This document shows, one piece after another, positions 30,411-39,564 of a DNA stretch of 64,000 nucleotides. The stretch covers positions 132,501-196,500 of the forward strand of contig CAKOOJ010000002.1 in the NCBI GenBank assembly GCA_934098385.1, written 5' to 3'. A program made the translations under genes and the position numbers. How positions within the stretch are numbered: position 1 is the first letter of the stretch; each line of letters opens with the position of its first letter. The stretch comes from an uncultured Bacilli bacterium (GTDB taxonomy: Bacteria; Bacillota_I; Bacilli_A; RF39; UBA660). The notes under the pieces are model-generated. The model did no database searches, was not told where the DNA came from, and was given only the letters and a program-made list of their open reading frames with translations.

Positions 30411-30421
30411 AATAATTCAAT

Positions 30422-30495
30422 TGGAGGACCCAGTCGGATTTGAACCAACGATCAGGGAGTTGCAGTCCCATGCCTTACCACTTGGCTATGGATCC
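30422..30495 (-). tRNA. tRNA-Cys (GCA), CCA encoded
   Basis: Reverse complement is GGATCCATAGCCAAGTGGTAAGGCATGGGACTGCAACTCCCTGATCGTTGGTTCAAATCCGACTGGGTCCTCCA. It has a 7-bp acceptor stem, anticodon loop CUGCAAC, and T-arm GTTGG-TTCAAAT-CCGAC. Minus-strand promoter TTGACT-17-TAAAAT at about 30556-30528. Confidence 0.93.
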
Positions 30496-30690
30496 ATTAG
30501 AAATAAAAATTCATTTCATGTATTAAATTTTACAATATAATTGTCTTAAAGTCAATTAAATATAATGTATTTCAATAATATTCTATTATATTAAAACACT
30601 TTTATTCAAAATTATTGATTTTAGCTACTAATTTTTTTGCTTTTTTGTTTTGTACATACCTCCCGTCACGAAAATAAATAATTATTTTTA

Positions 30691-31122
30691 TTATTTTCTA
30701 CCGCATAACCAATCTAGTGATATTTTATATGATTTACATATTTGATATGCAAATGCGGTTAATATTAATGTTTTACCACTCTCATAAGCACTTAGTGTAG
30801 AATGTGTTGTATTTAATATTTTTGCTAATTCAACTTGTGTGATATTATTGTTGTGTCTAAATTTTTTTAGATTATTTCCTATTAATTTTTTATCAAGATT
30901 TTTAATTTTATTTGTTTTTTCATTTTGCACAGAAAGATTAGTAAGATAATCTAAACTAACGTTGTAATAGTTTGCGATGGCGTTTAAGTGTTTTAATGGT
31001 ATTATTTTAGTTCCATTTTCCCAAGCGCTATATGTTGGTTGTTTAACATTAATTAATTCTGCTATTTCTAGTTGATTTAAATTTTTATCTTTTCTAATAT
31101 CTTCTAGCAATTCAAATTTCAT
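30691..31122 (-). CDS. XRE-family regulator with two tandem HTH_3 domains
   Basis: LNQLEIAELINVKQPTYSAWENG and ITQVELAKILNTTHSTLSAYESG. ATG at 31122 is preceded by GGTGA; the track ORF extends to 31158. Confidence 0.85.
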   Translation of the reverse strand: MKFELLEDIRKDKNLNQLEIAELINVKQPTYSAWENGTKIIPLKHLNAIANYYNVSLDYLTNLSVQNEKTNKIKNLDKKLIGNNLKKFRHNNNITQVELAKILNTTHSTLSAYESGKTLILTAFAYQICKSYKISLDWLCGRK

Positions 31123-31170
31123 TTTTTTCACCAATTTTATTATTCTATAAAAAATCATTTCATTTAAAAT

Positions 31171-31192
31171 ATATAGACAAATACGACAATTT
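31171..31192. promoter_or_regulatory. 22-nt promoter/operator repeat, copy 1 (between XRE gene and Cys-rich protein gene)
   Basis: ATATAGACAAATACGACAATTT is identical to 31508-31529 and contains the -35-like TAGACA. Confidence 0.55.
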
Positions 31193-31220
31193 GTATTATC
31201 CTATAATTGGAGGTGATATA

Positions 31221-31484
31221 GTGAAAGAAGCAAGTGGAGAATTAAGTATGACAGCAATTACTGTTGTTGCTATCGCCGCTATTGCTGGTTTGTTTTCAGT
31301 ATTTTTATTACCAGGATTGAAAGGTACTATTACAAAAAAAACTCATTGTTCTCAAGCTTTTGATTGTGATAGTTCTGGTAATAATTGTACTTATTGTAAA
31401 AATGATGATTGTACTGAAACCGGTACTGTAGATTGTGGTACAAGTAATACTAAAACAAATAATAGTGGAACAACATCAGGTTAA
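31221..31484 (+). CDS. Small (87-aa) membrane-anchored or secreted Cys-rich protein
   Basis: GTG at 31221 follows GGAGGTGAT. MKEASGELSMTAITVVAIAAIAGLFSVFLLPGL hydrophobic N-terminus, then a 6-Cys module HCSQAFDCDSSGNNCTYCKNDDCTETGTVDC and an S/T/N-rich tail. Confidence 0.6.
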   Translation: MKEASGELSMTAITVVAIAAIAGLFSVFLLPGLKGTITKKTHCSQAFDCDSSGNNCTYCKNDDCTETGTVDCGTSNTKTNNSGTTSG

Positions 31485-31507
31485 AATGATTATTTTTTTA
31501 AATGAAA

Positions 31508-31529
31508 ATATAGACAAATACGACAATTT
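31508..31529. promoter_or_regulatory. 22-nt promoter/operator repeat, copy 2
   Basis: ATATAGACAAATACGACAATTT. TAGACA-17 nt-TAATAT with TG at the extended -10 position (TGATAATAT). Confidence 0.55.
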
Positions 31530-31557
31530 ATGATAATATGATTATGATAGAAATTTT

Positions 31558-31615
31558 GGTATATGTATCATATTCTTTCTTATTATATCTATATATATGA
31601 TTTATATACCTTTTT
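31558..31615 (+). terminator. Leader hairpin plus T-run between repeat copy 2 and the downstream gene (possible attenuator)
   Basis: GGTATATGTATCATAT ... ATATGATTTATATACC (16-bp stem, 2 mismatches) followed by TTTTT. Confidence 0.4.
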
Positions 31616-31662
31616 CTATTAACATTAAAAAAGTATAAATAATTTTTAAAGGAAGTGATAGT

Positions 31663-32163
31663 GTGAATAACAAAAAAATTACATTACCAATACAGATAAT
31701 TATTATTAGTTTTTGTATTGGGTTAATTATTTCAGGAATTGGATTAGTAAAACAGTTTAATGCTAAAAAAGTTAATGAAGATAGAAGATTGGCTGCTCTA
31801 AAAGCGTCTGAAGAAGCAATTAATTCTGCTAATAAAAGACTTGAAGAAATAAAAAAAGAATATGATGAGTTAAAAAATCAATATAATTTGAAGTCTGAGG
31901 AATGTGATGCTATTACAATAAATGATGAGAATTGGATGTCAAAAAAAAGTAAATGTTCTAGAGAACAAACAGAACTTCAAAATAAAATTTTCAATTTAGA
32001 AACTGAAAATGCAAATATTAAAAGTAAAGATTATACAGGTTATTATCAAAAGGTAAAACCTATGAGTTATCAAATATTTTATATAATTGGTGCTTCTGTT
32101 TTTGGATTGGGATTAATCGGAGCTTTTATAATATATTTGGTTAAAGGTAAGAAAACCTATTAA
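31663..32163 (+). CDS. Bitopic-at-both-ends membrane protein with central coiled coil
   Basis: TM near residues 8-30 and 135-160 flank a heptad-rich K/E segment. Same architecture as the next gene. Confidence 0.5.
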   Translation: MNNKKITLPIQIIIISFCIGLIISGIGLVKQFNAKKVNEDRRLAALKASEEAINSANKRLEEIKKEYDELKNQYNLKSEECDAITINDENWMSKKSKCSREQTELQNKIFNLETENANIKSKDYTGYYQKVKPMSYQIFYIIGASVFGLGLIGAFIIYLVKGKKTY

Positions 32164-32182
32164 GTAGAATAGAGGGAACAAT

Positions 32183-32911
32183 ATGGAATATTTAAATGAA
32201 GAAAAATATAATAAAACTCAAAAGAAGGTTAAAATTTTATCTTTGTTGATTTTGATTGTTGGTTTGGTTATTGGAATAGGTCTCATTATAACTGGAGTTG
32301 TTCTTTCAAACAAATCAAATCCAATCAAAGTTAATTTAAAAGAATCTCAAAGTACTGATTCTGTTAATTCTAGAAGTATAGAAGAAATAGAAGCTGATAT
32401 AAATTCGATTAAACCTAAAATTAATTCTATGGAAAGTGAAATAAATATTTTAAGAGCAAAATTAGCACAAATACAAATGACTGATAGTAATAGTGAAGAT
32501 TATTATTCTAAGCAAAAAGAGGTTGAAGAAAAAGAGAAAGAATTGTTAGATTTAAAATCTAAATTAAGCAAATACCAGAGTGAGTTAAAAAGCGTTAATG
32601 GTAGTGATTTTAATAATGGATTAGGTACTGTGGATGACATATTTAATACTGCTTCGTCAAGAATAACAAAAGCAAAATATTATGGATTTTATATGGTAGG
32701 AGCGTTCATTATAATAATTTCAATAATTGGTTCAGTATCTTTATATTTGTTTGCAAAACGTAGAGAGATTATTGCATTTAAAACACAACAAGTTATGCCA
32801 ATCGCTAAAGAAGGGATAGATGAAATGTCACCAACTTTTGGAAGTGCTGCAGGAGAAGTTGCAAAAGGTATTACTAAAGGAATTAAAGATGGATTAAATA
32901 ATAAAAAATAA
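32183..32911 (+). CDS. Membrane protein with N- and C-proximal TM segments and central coiled coil (architectural paralog of 31663-32163)
   Basis: TM at about 18-42 and about 167-190, coiled-coil segment between, amphipathic G/A/K tail. Confidence 0.5.
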   Translation: MEYLNEEKYNKTQKKVKILSLLILIVGLVIGIGLIITGVVLSNKSNPIKVNLKESQSTDSVNSRSIEEIEADINSIKPKINSMESEINILRAKLAQIQMTDSNSEDYYSKQKEVEEKEKELLDLKSKLSKYQSELKSVNGSDFNNGLGTVDDIFNTASSRITKAKYYGFYMVGAFIIIISIIGSVSLYLFAKRREIIAFKTQQVMPIAKEGIDEMSPTFGSAAGEVAKGITKGIKDGLNNKK

Positions 32912-33053
32912 TGTTGAAAACTAGATGTTTAATAACATTATTTTTTTATTTTAAAAGACTACAATAATGTAGCCTATAAAAGTTTGAGGAGGTTAGTGTA
33001 TTAGTTTAGGGAAAAATTATTTAAATCAAGTTATTATATATGTGTAATTAAGT

Positions 33054-33434
33054 TTATTTATTTTTATCATCAATATCTTTATTGATGTCATTAAATTTAT
33101 CTTTTAAAATTTTAGGTATTTTTATACCCATACTAGTCCAATTTTCTAATATAGATATACCTTCGTTTGCGATAAACATATATATTACAATATTTCTAAT
33201 ATTACCAGTACTATTTAATAATTTATCTAATAATGCTGCAAGTATTACTATAAATATATATCCTACTTTTTTTATAATACCTTTTGCTCCAATTTTACTA
33301 CTTAATTTTTTTGTGTATATGGCCCTTAAAATGCCTGTAATATAATCTATAATAATAAATACTAATAATGTTTTAAATAGTATATCGCATCCGCCAATTA
33401 TAAAATCTATAGAAAAGTTATTCATAAAAATCAT
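33054..33434 (-). CDS. Phage_holin_4_1 (TcdE/LL-H-type) holin family protein
   Basis: FIIIDYITGILRAIYTKKLSSKIGAKGIIKKVGYIFIVILAALLDK and ANEGISILENWTSMGIKIPKIL are family hallmarks. The probable start is ATG at 33425. Track ORF 33082-33345(+) is antisense noise. Confidence 0.85.
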   Translation of the reverse strand: MIFMNNFSIDFIIGGCDILFKTLLVFIIIDYITGILRAIYTKKLSSKIGAKGIIKKVGYIFIVILAALLDKLLNSTGNIRNIVIYMFIANEGISILENWTSMGIKIPKILKDKFNDINKDIDDKNK

Positions 33435-33575
33435 TCCTTTTCTAATATATAATATGTATAATATAAAATTGATTATATGCTTTTGACTTGATTAAAATAA
33501 CATATGTTATTTATCTTATATAGTTGAATATATTAAAAAAATATAATATATTATTGTTATATAAAAGAGGTTGTT

Positions 33576-35114
33576 ATGAGTAGTAATAGTAGTATTAAAG
33601 AAAGAGCGAAGAGAAAAATTAAATATAATTATTGGCATAGTGTAATTATTAGTTTTCTTTTTGTAATTGTAGTTAGTGGTGGATATAAATATAATAGTTT
33701 TATATCTGATAGTTTTAGTAGTATTGGTAATGATATATTAAGCAAGAACAATATATTTATTTATAATAATATAGTTAGTTCTGCTAAAAAAGTGATTGAT
33801 ATTACTAAAAATTATAAACCTACTAGAGGAGTATTATCTGTTTTCTTTAATAAAATGAATGGTAGTAGTTCTTTAGTATTAGGTTTTGTTGATGCAATAT
33901 TAGAATTTATTACTATTAAGTCTATACCTAAATTCTTTATAAAAATATTTGGATTTTTGTTATTTATTTTAATTTATATATTTATACAGAATATTATATT
34001 AGTTGGTAAAAATAGATATTATTTGGAACATAGTAGATATAAAAAAGTTAATGTTGATAGAATAATGTTTGTTTATAAAGTTAAGAAGACTATTAATATT
34101 GCTTATATAATGTTATGTAAAACAATTTATTTGTTTTTGTGGTTTTTAACTATTATTGGTGGAGTTATTAAGTATTATTCATATTTTATGATAGATTATA
34201 TTGTAAGTGAAAATCCTACTATAAGTAGAAAAGATGCTTTTATATTGAGTAATGAAATGATGAACGGTAATAAATTTAATTTGTTTAAAATACAATTTAG
34301 TTTTATTGGATATATTATTTTAGGTGCTTTAACATTTAATATTAGTAACATATTTTATTTTGATGTTTATAGAGAAAGCATTTATTCAGAATTTTATTTT
34401 AATATAAGAAATGAGTTTTTGAAAAAGAATAAGAAAAAATATAGAAAATATTTTAAAGATGAAATGTTAGATGGTGATAAATATAATGATGGTTATTATC
34501 CTAATGATAAATATTTTATACCAGAAAAGAAAATGTTTAATTTTTTAAAGTTAGATTATAAGGCTGATTATGATGTTTGGACTATAATAATGTTTTTCTT
34601 TACGTGTGCTATGATTGGTTGGTGTTGGGAAGTACTTTTAAATTTATTTGTTCAAGGGAAGTTTGTTAATAAAGGTACGATGTATGGACCTTGGCTTCCA
34701 ATATATGGTTATGGTGCAACTTGTGTAATAGTTTTATTTAAAAAATATAGAAATAAACCTTGGAAAATATTTTTGCATTCAACTATCTTATGTGGTTTGA
34801 TAGAATACTTTACTGCTGTTTATTTAGAAACATTTTTACATAATAGATATTGGGATTATGATGGATTCTTTTTAAATATACAAGGTAGAGTTTGTTTGGA
34901 AGGGTTGTTAGTATTTGGACTTGGATGTATGGTATTTATATATTTTCTAGCGCCTTTATTAAATAATATTTATAGTAAAATCAATTTGAAATTTAAGGAA
35001 TTTATTGTTATTATATTGATAGTGTTATATTTAATAGATTTATGTTTTACTAAAATAAGACCTAATAGTGGAGAAGGTATAACGTTTTATATAATGTTAA
35101 AGGAGTGGTTATGA
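33576..35114 (+). CDS. Polytopic membrane protein: DUF975-like N-half fused to PF06541-like (putative ABC-transporter type IV / CmpB) C-half
   Basis: N-terminus IKERAKRKIKYNYWHSVIISF resembles DUF975. C-half has GWCWEVLLNLFVQGKFVNKGTMYGPWLPIYGYGA. Confidence 0.5.
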   Translation: MSSNSSIKERAKRKIKYNYWHSVIISFLFVIVVSGGYKYNSFISDSFSSIGNDILSKNNIFIYNNIVSSAKKVIDITKNYKPTRGVLSVFFNKMNGSSSLVLGFVDAILEFITIKSIPKFFIKIFGFLLFILIYIFIQNIILVGKNRYYLEHSRYKKVNVDRIMFVYKVKKTINIAYIMLCKTIYLFLWFLTIIGGVIKYYSYFMIDYIVSENPTISRKDAFILSNEMMNGNKFNLFKIQFSFIGYIILGALTFNISNIFYFDVYRESIYSEFYFNIRNEFLKKNKKKYRKYFKDEMLDGDKYNDGYYPNDKYFIPEKKMFNFLKLDYKADYDVWTIIMFFFTCAMIGWCWEVLLNLFVQGKFVNKGTMYGPWLPIYGYGATCVIVLFKKYRNKPWKIFLHSTILCGLIEYFTAVYLETFLHNRYWDYDGFFLNIQGRVCLEGLLVFGLGCMVFIYFLAPLLNNIYSKINLKFKEFIVIILIVLYLIDLCFTKIRPNSGEGITFYIMLKEWL

Positions 35115-35836
35115 TGTCTTGGTTTTTATATTTTGTATTTATATTTTTTATAGGAAGTACATTTGGATATGTGTTAGAATTGTTTTTTAGAAGAATAGTT
35201 CATAAAAAATGGGTTAATCCAGGTTTTTTAGTTGGACCTTATTTGCCTATATATGGTTTTGGACTTTGTACTTTAACCGTTATATATTTAATATTTTCTA
35301 AGTTGGTTGTTAATCCTTTTTTGATAATTATACTAATGGGGTTATCTATGACTTTGATTGAATTAATTGGTGGATTAATATTTATTGAAGCTAGTGGAGT
35401 TAAATTATGGGATTATAGTGATATGCCTGGTAATTTTAAAGGAATTATATGTCCTCAATTTACACTTATATGGACTTTGTTAGGAGCTGTATATTATTAC
35501 TTTATTGCTGATAAAATTATGAATGCTTTAGATTGGTTTAAAGTTAATCAATCATTCTCATTTATTTTAGGAATATTCTTTGGAATAATAGTATTAGATT
35601 ATATTTATTCTACTAAAGTATTGGTTAAGATAAGACGTTTTGCTAAGGATAATGATTTAGTTGTAAAATATGAAGAATTAAAAAAACATATTAAAGATAT
35701 ACAAGATAAAAATAGAGAAAAGTATTCATTCTTGTTTCCTTTTAAACAAAGTAAAGCTTTAGGTGAATATTTAAATTTGTATAAGAAGAAAAAAGTTAAT
35801 AATAAAAAAGGATTTTTGTTATTTGGTAAAAAGTAG
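35111..35836 (+). CDS. PF06541-like (putative ABC-transporter type IV / CmpB) membrane protein
   Basis: FGYVLELFFRRIVHKKWVNPGFLVGPYLPIYGFG is paralogous to the C-half of the upstream gene; ATGA overlap; RBS AGGAG. Confidence 0.6.
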   Translation: MMSWFLYFVFIFFIGSTFGYVLELFFRRIVHKKWVNPGFLVGPYLPIYGFGLCTLTVIYLIFSKLVVNPFLIIILMGLSMTLIELIGGLIFIEASGVKLWDYSDMPGNFKGIICPQFTLIWTLLGAVYYYFIADKIMNALDWFKVNQSFSFILGIFFGIIVLDYIYSTKVLVKIRRFAKDNDLVVKYEELKKHIKDIQDKNREKYSFLFPFKQSKALGEYLNLYKKKKVNNKKGFLLFGKK

Positions 35837-35921
35837 TACGTTATGTGCTACTTTTTTGTAATTTATACTTTATTTTTAAAATATATTGTAGTATAATCGA
35901 TAATTCTGAAAGGAGATATTT

Positions 35922-36629
35922 ATGAGTTATACAACTTTTTTAATTAGAATTAGTGTTTGTTTTATATTAAGTTTATTAGTTGGATTAGAAAGACAGTATA
36001 GACATAGAATGGTAGGTTTGAGAACTAATGTGTTAGTTTGTTTGGGGGCATTTATGTTTGTTACTGTGTCTTTTGGTATTGGAGTAAATGATCATGCTAG
36101 AATTGCAGCACAGGTTGTAAGTGGTATTGGTTTTTTAGGTGCTGGTGTTATTTTAAGAGATGGTTCAAAGATAAAAGGTCTTAATACTGCTGCTACTTTA
36201 TGGTGTGTTGCTGCTATAGGTGTTTTGTGTTCTGCTGGAATGCTTTTTGAAGCTAGTATTGGAACATTATTTGTATTGATATCAAATGTTGTTTTAAGAA
36301 TTGTATCTATTAAAATTATGGATGTTATAAAGAAAAATAATTTGGAATTATGTAGTATAAGAATTGAATGCAAAAAAGATGCAGAAATGGATATTAGAAA
36401 TATTTTATATAATTCTTTAGAAAATAATAGATTAACTTTAGAAAGTTTAGAAAAAAATGAAATAACTAAAGATGAGGTTAAATTACGTGCTAATATTATT
36501 ACCAATGAACCTAATAGAGTAGAAAGTGTTGTTAATGTTCTTAGTTCTAATGTAAACATTATAAGTATTAAATGGGCTCATTTTAATTATAAAGATTTAA
36601 ATAATGAAGATGAGGATGATAGAGATTAA
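35922..36629 (+). CDS. mgtC: MgtC/SapB family membrane protein
   Basis: GLERQYRHRMVGLRTNVLVCLGA, GIGFLGAGVILRDG, GLNTAATLWCVAAIG motifs plus ACT-like C-domain. Track ORF 36092-36559(-) is antisense noise. Confidence 0.88.
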   Translation: MSYTTFLIRISVCFILSLLVGLERQYRHRMVGLRTNVLVCLGAFMFVTVSFGIGVNDHARIAAQVVSGIGFLGAGVILRDGSKIKGLNTAATLWCVAAIGVLCSAGMLFEASIGTLFVLISNVVLRIVSIKIMDVIKKNNLELCSIRIECKKDAEMDIRNILYNSLENNRLTLESLEKNEITKDEVKLRANIITNEPNRVESVVNVLSSNVNIISIKWAHFNYKDLNNEDEDDRD

Positions 36630-36904
36630 TAATTATTTTATTATATATATTTTTATATAAATTGTAGTTAGTTTAAAATAGAAAAACAAAAGATTTATTG
36701 GCTAATTAGTTAACTTTATAAATTTTTTGTTCAGAAGAGCGTTCTTATAATGGCTTTTTTTATTTGTTAATGATTATTAAAAATGTTATAATCTATTTAA
36801 GAGTATATAAATTAATTTGATATATTTGTGATATTTAGTACTTTTTATTAAATTTGTTGCTTTATAAATCTTTGTTGAAACGAAGTTCAATTAGGAGTGA
36901 TTTT

Positions 36905-38473
36905 ATGGATAATATTGAAAATTTATTTCAAAATTATAATGGATATAAGTTTATAGATGGTGACAAACCTTTAAAAAATTTGAAGAAGTACATAGGGAAA
37001 GAAAAAGAAGAATGGAATACTGAGGATTTAGCTTTGGTTCATTTAACTAATTATTTTCCAAATAATAAAATAGTTAGTAGCTATGAAGGTGGAAAAATTT
37101 CAAATGGTTTTTTAATGATTGATGGTAAAAAATTCGATTATTCTGTACCACAATATCGTAATACAATACATTTTACTTTAAATGGTCCTGTTGAAAGTCA
37201 TCCATATGGTTCTTGGAATGAAATGAACTATCTTGTGATTGAACCCTTAAAATATCATATTAATGATGTTACCAATTTATCTACCGTTGATACATATTTT
37301 GATAAATCTTTAAAATTATCAAAGGATGCTTTTATATTAATAAGAAAAGATGCATTTGATGATATTGACAAAAAAAAATTAGTGGGTAAGAATATAATTG
37401 TTTTTTCTGGTAATCAAAATAATGTTGTTAATGAAATATTATTATATCTTGGATATAATCCCCAAAAAATAGGAATGCATAATTGGGTTTATGAATCCTT
37501 GAATGGTTTAATTAAAAGAGATAAGATTCAAGATTATCAAGAAAAGCAACAAATTATTAATCCTAAATTAACTTTTGATATGCATAGTGGTTCAAAGCAT
37601 GATATTATTTCTAAAAATCAATGGGAAATATCTAGAGATTTATCTATAATAAAAAAAGGAAAAATAGTTGATTTAAAAAACGAATATAAAATAACAGCTG
37701 AAGAATTATTAAATGTTTATAAAATATATTTAAAAACTAATGATTTTGTATCTGATAATATAGATTGTTTTAGAAAGTTTATAGAAAAGTTTCATATTAA
37801 TTTTAATGATAATAAAGAAATTGTTATACATTCTGCGGATAAATGGTATAATGATCAAATAAAAAATAATATTATTGAAAAAAATATGATAAAAACTTTA
37901 TATAATGATATAAAAAAAATTGAACAAACTAAGATTGAATATGAAAAGCAAAGTAAGGAGCATAAGATACAAGAATTTCAAAATTCAGTAAAAAAGCGAA
38001 TGTTAAATATGAATTGCGAACAAGCATTAAAATTGTGCGATAAGTTTCCTATTTATAAAACACAACTAATTGGAATGCTTAATAATTTGCTAAAGATTGA
38101 TTTTTCTTTAGAAAATATTGGTATATTAAAAAAGAATAAAATTATGTATAGTTATCTTATGAAATATATATCAGTAGGAATAGAAGATGATAATTTCTTT
38201 TATTATTTAACAGAAGATTCAACTTTTAAGAATTATTATGATGAAAGTTTACGTGTTGAAGTTGATTTATCAAATATGAAAATTTCAGAAATAAGAAATA
38301 TATTATACAACTATCAACGATATATAAGTGAGCAAGCTACCAAATATATTTCAAAGGCCAACATAAAAGATAGTATAAGAGAAATGGGGTATATAAAAAT
38401 TTCATATGTTGTAATTTTATTATCATTATTTTTAATAATTTTGTTTGTAATTTTGCTGATTCAATTATTTTAA
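36905..38473 (+). CDS. Hypothetical 522-aa protein with C-terminal TM anchor
   Basis: ATG at 36905 follows AGGAGTG. No motif recognised. C-terminal IKISYVVILLSLFLIILFVILLIQLF anchor. Confidence 0.4.
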   Translation: MDNIENLFQNYNGYKFIDGDKPLKNLKKYIGKEKEEWNTEDLALVHLTNYFPNNKIVSSYEGGKISNGFLMIDGKKFDYSVPQYRNTIHFTLNGPVESHPYGSWNEMNYLVIEPLKYHINDVTNLSTVDTYFDKSLKLSKDAFILIRKDAFDDIDKKKLVGKNIIVFSGNQNNVVNEILLYLGYNPQKIGMHNWVYESLNGLIKRDKIQDYQEKQQIINPKLTFDMHSGSKHDIISKNQWEISRDLSIIKKGKIVDLKNEYKITAEELLNVYKIYLKTNDFVSDNIDCFRKFIEKFHINFNDNKEIVIHSADKWYNDQIKNNIIEKNMIKTLYNDIKKIEQTKIEYEKQSKEHKIQEFQNSVKKRMLNMNCEQALKLCDKFPIYKTQLIGMLNNLLKIDFSLENIGILKKNKIMYSYLMKYISVGIEDDNFFYYLTEDSTFKNYYDESLRVEVDLSNMKISEIRNILYNYQRYISEQATKYISKANIKDSIREMGYIKISYVVILLSLFLIILFVILLIQLF

Positions 38474-38553
38474 TGAATAATGATGAATTGTATGGATATA
38501 AGAGAGTAATATTTTACAAAGTATAAAAAATTTATAATATTTTGATAATTTTA

Positions 38554-38607
38554 TTGCATTATACCTTAAAATATAGTATAGTCTTATTAGTAATCATTAC
38601 TAATAAG
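38554..38607 (+). promoter_or_regulatory. SigA-type promoter (TTGCAT-17-TATAGT) followed by a 25-bp perfect-palindrome Fur/PerR-type box
   Basis: TTGCAT at 38554-38559, TATAGT at 38577-38582. CTTATTAGTAAT-C-ATTACTAATAAG at 38583-38607 contains the 7-1-7 repeat TAGTAAT-C-ATTACTA (PerR/Fur box architecture TTATAATnATTATAA). Confidence 0.7.
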
Positions 38608-38617
38608 AGGTGATTGT

Positions 38618-38986
38618 TTGAGAAATACTAAACAGAAAGAAGTAATACTTAATATAATAAATAATAGTTTTAATCATCTAAATGCAAATGGAGTTTATTT
38701 AGAGGCAAGAAAAGTAATTCCTAATATTAGTTTAGGTACTGTATATAGAAATCTAAATAATTTGGTTGATGAGAATAAAATTATTAGATTAAAAATGAGT
38801 GATGGTGTTGATAGATTTGATAAAAATATAATTCATGCTCATGTTGTATGTAGTATTTGTGGTAAAATAGATGATGTTATGTATGATTATATAAAAAAAT
38901 TACCTAATATAAAAGATTATGAAGTAATGAATTACGATTTACGTTTTATTGGAAAATGTAAGCAATGTATAGAGAAGGAGAAATGA
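38618..38986 (+). CDS. perR: Fur-family regulator, PerR-like
   Basis: Winged helix ([13 protein letters not shown]), HAH..C..CG...D and C-terminal CxxC; in an operon with rubrerythrin. TTG start after AGAGGTGA. Confidence 0.8.
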   Translation: MRNTKQKEVILNIINNSFNHLNANGVYLEARKVIPNISLGTVYRNLNNLVDENKIIRLKMSDGVDRFDKNIIHAHVVCSICGKIDDVMYDYIKKLPNIKDYEVMNYDLRFIGKCKQCIEKEK

Positions 38987-38990
38987 AGAA

Positions 38991-39530
38991 ATGGAATTAA
39001 AAGGAAGTAAAACAGAAGCTAATTTAATGGCTGCTTTTGCAGGAGAAAGTCAAGCAAGAAACAAATATACTTATTATGCTAGTAAAGCTAAAAAAGATGG
39101 ATTTGAACAAATAGCAGAAATATTTTTAGAAACTGCCGATAACGAAAAGGAACATGCTAAAATGTGGTTTAAAGAATTACATGGTGGTGAAATTCCTAGT
39201 ACTAGTGAAAATTTATTAGATGCTGCAAATGGAGAAAATTTTGAATGGACTGATATGTATAAAGAGTTTGCAGAAACTGCACGTGAAGAAGGATTTGATA
39301 GAATTGCTAATTTATTTGAAGGAGTAGCTGAAATTGAAAAACATCATGAAGAAAGATATAGAGCATTATTAAGTAATGTTGATAACGAATTAGTATTCTC
39401 TAAAGATGGGGATAAAATTTGGCAATGTAGAAATTGTGGACATATTTGTATAGGAAAAAATGCTCCAGAAGTTTGTCCTGTATGTAGTCACCCACAAAGT
39501 TATTTTGAAATAAAGAAAGAAAATTATTAG
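38991..39530 (+). CDS. rbr: Rubrerythrin
   Basis: Di-iron ExxH motifs ([18 protein letters not shown]) plus C-terminal rubredoxin CRNCGH...CPVCSHP. Confidence 0.93.
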   Translation: MELKGSKTEANLMAAFAGESQARNKYTYYASKAKKDGFEQIAEIFLETADNEKEHAKMWFKELHGGEIPSTSENLLDAANGENFEWTDMYKEFAETAREEGFDRIANLFEGVAEIEKHHEERYRALLSNVDNELVFSKDGDKIWQCRNCGHICIGKNAPEVCPVCSHPQSYFEIKKENY

Positions 39531-39554
39531 TAGTTTGGTTAACTACTTTTTTTC
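39529..39554 (+). terminator. Intrinsic terminator after rbr
   Basis: AGTAGTT-TGGTT-AACTACT followed by TTTTTTT. Confidence 0.75.
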
Positions 39555-39564
39555 TTAAAATTAA

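Noticed and set aside
31221-31484. Cys-rich small protein as a Flp/type IV pilin
   Set aside because: The hydrophobic N-terminus has a G...TAI resemblance only. It lacks the Flp G/xxxxEY motif and the GFxxxE prepilin motif, and no tad/pil/comG genes are nearby.
30422-33434. Prophage integrated at tRNA-Cys (XRE repressor plus holin nearby)
   Set aside because: The tRNA 3' end faces away from these genes. There is no integrase, terminase, capsid, tail or endolysin gene, and I could find no repeat of the tRNA 3' end. At most this is a decayed remnant.
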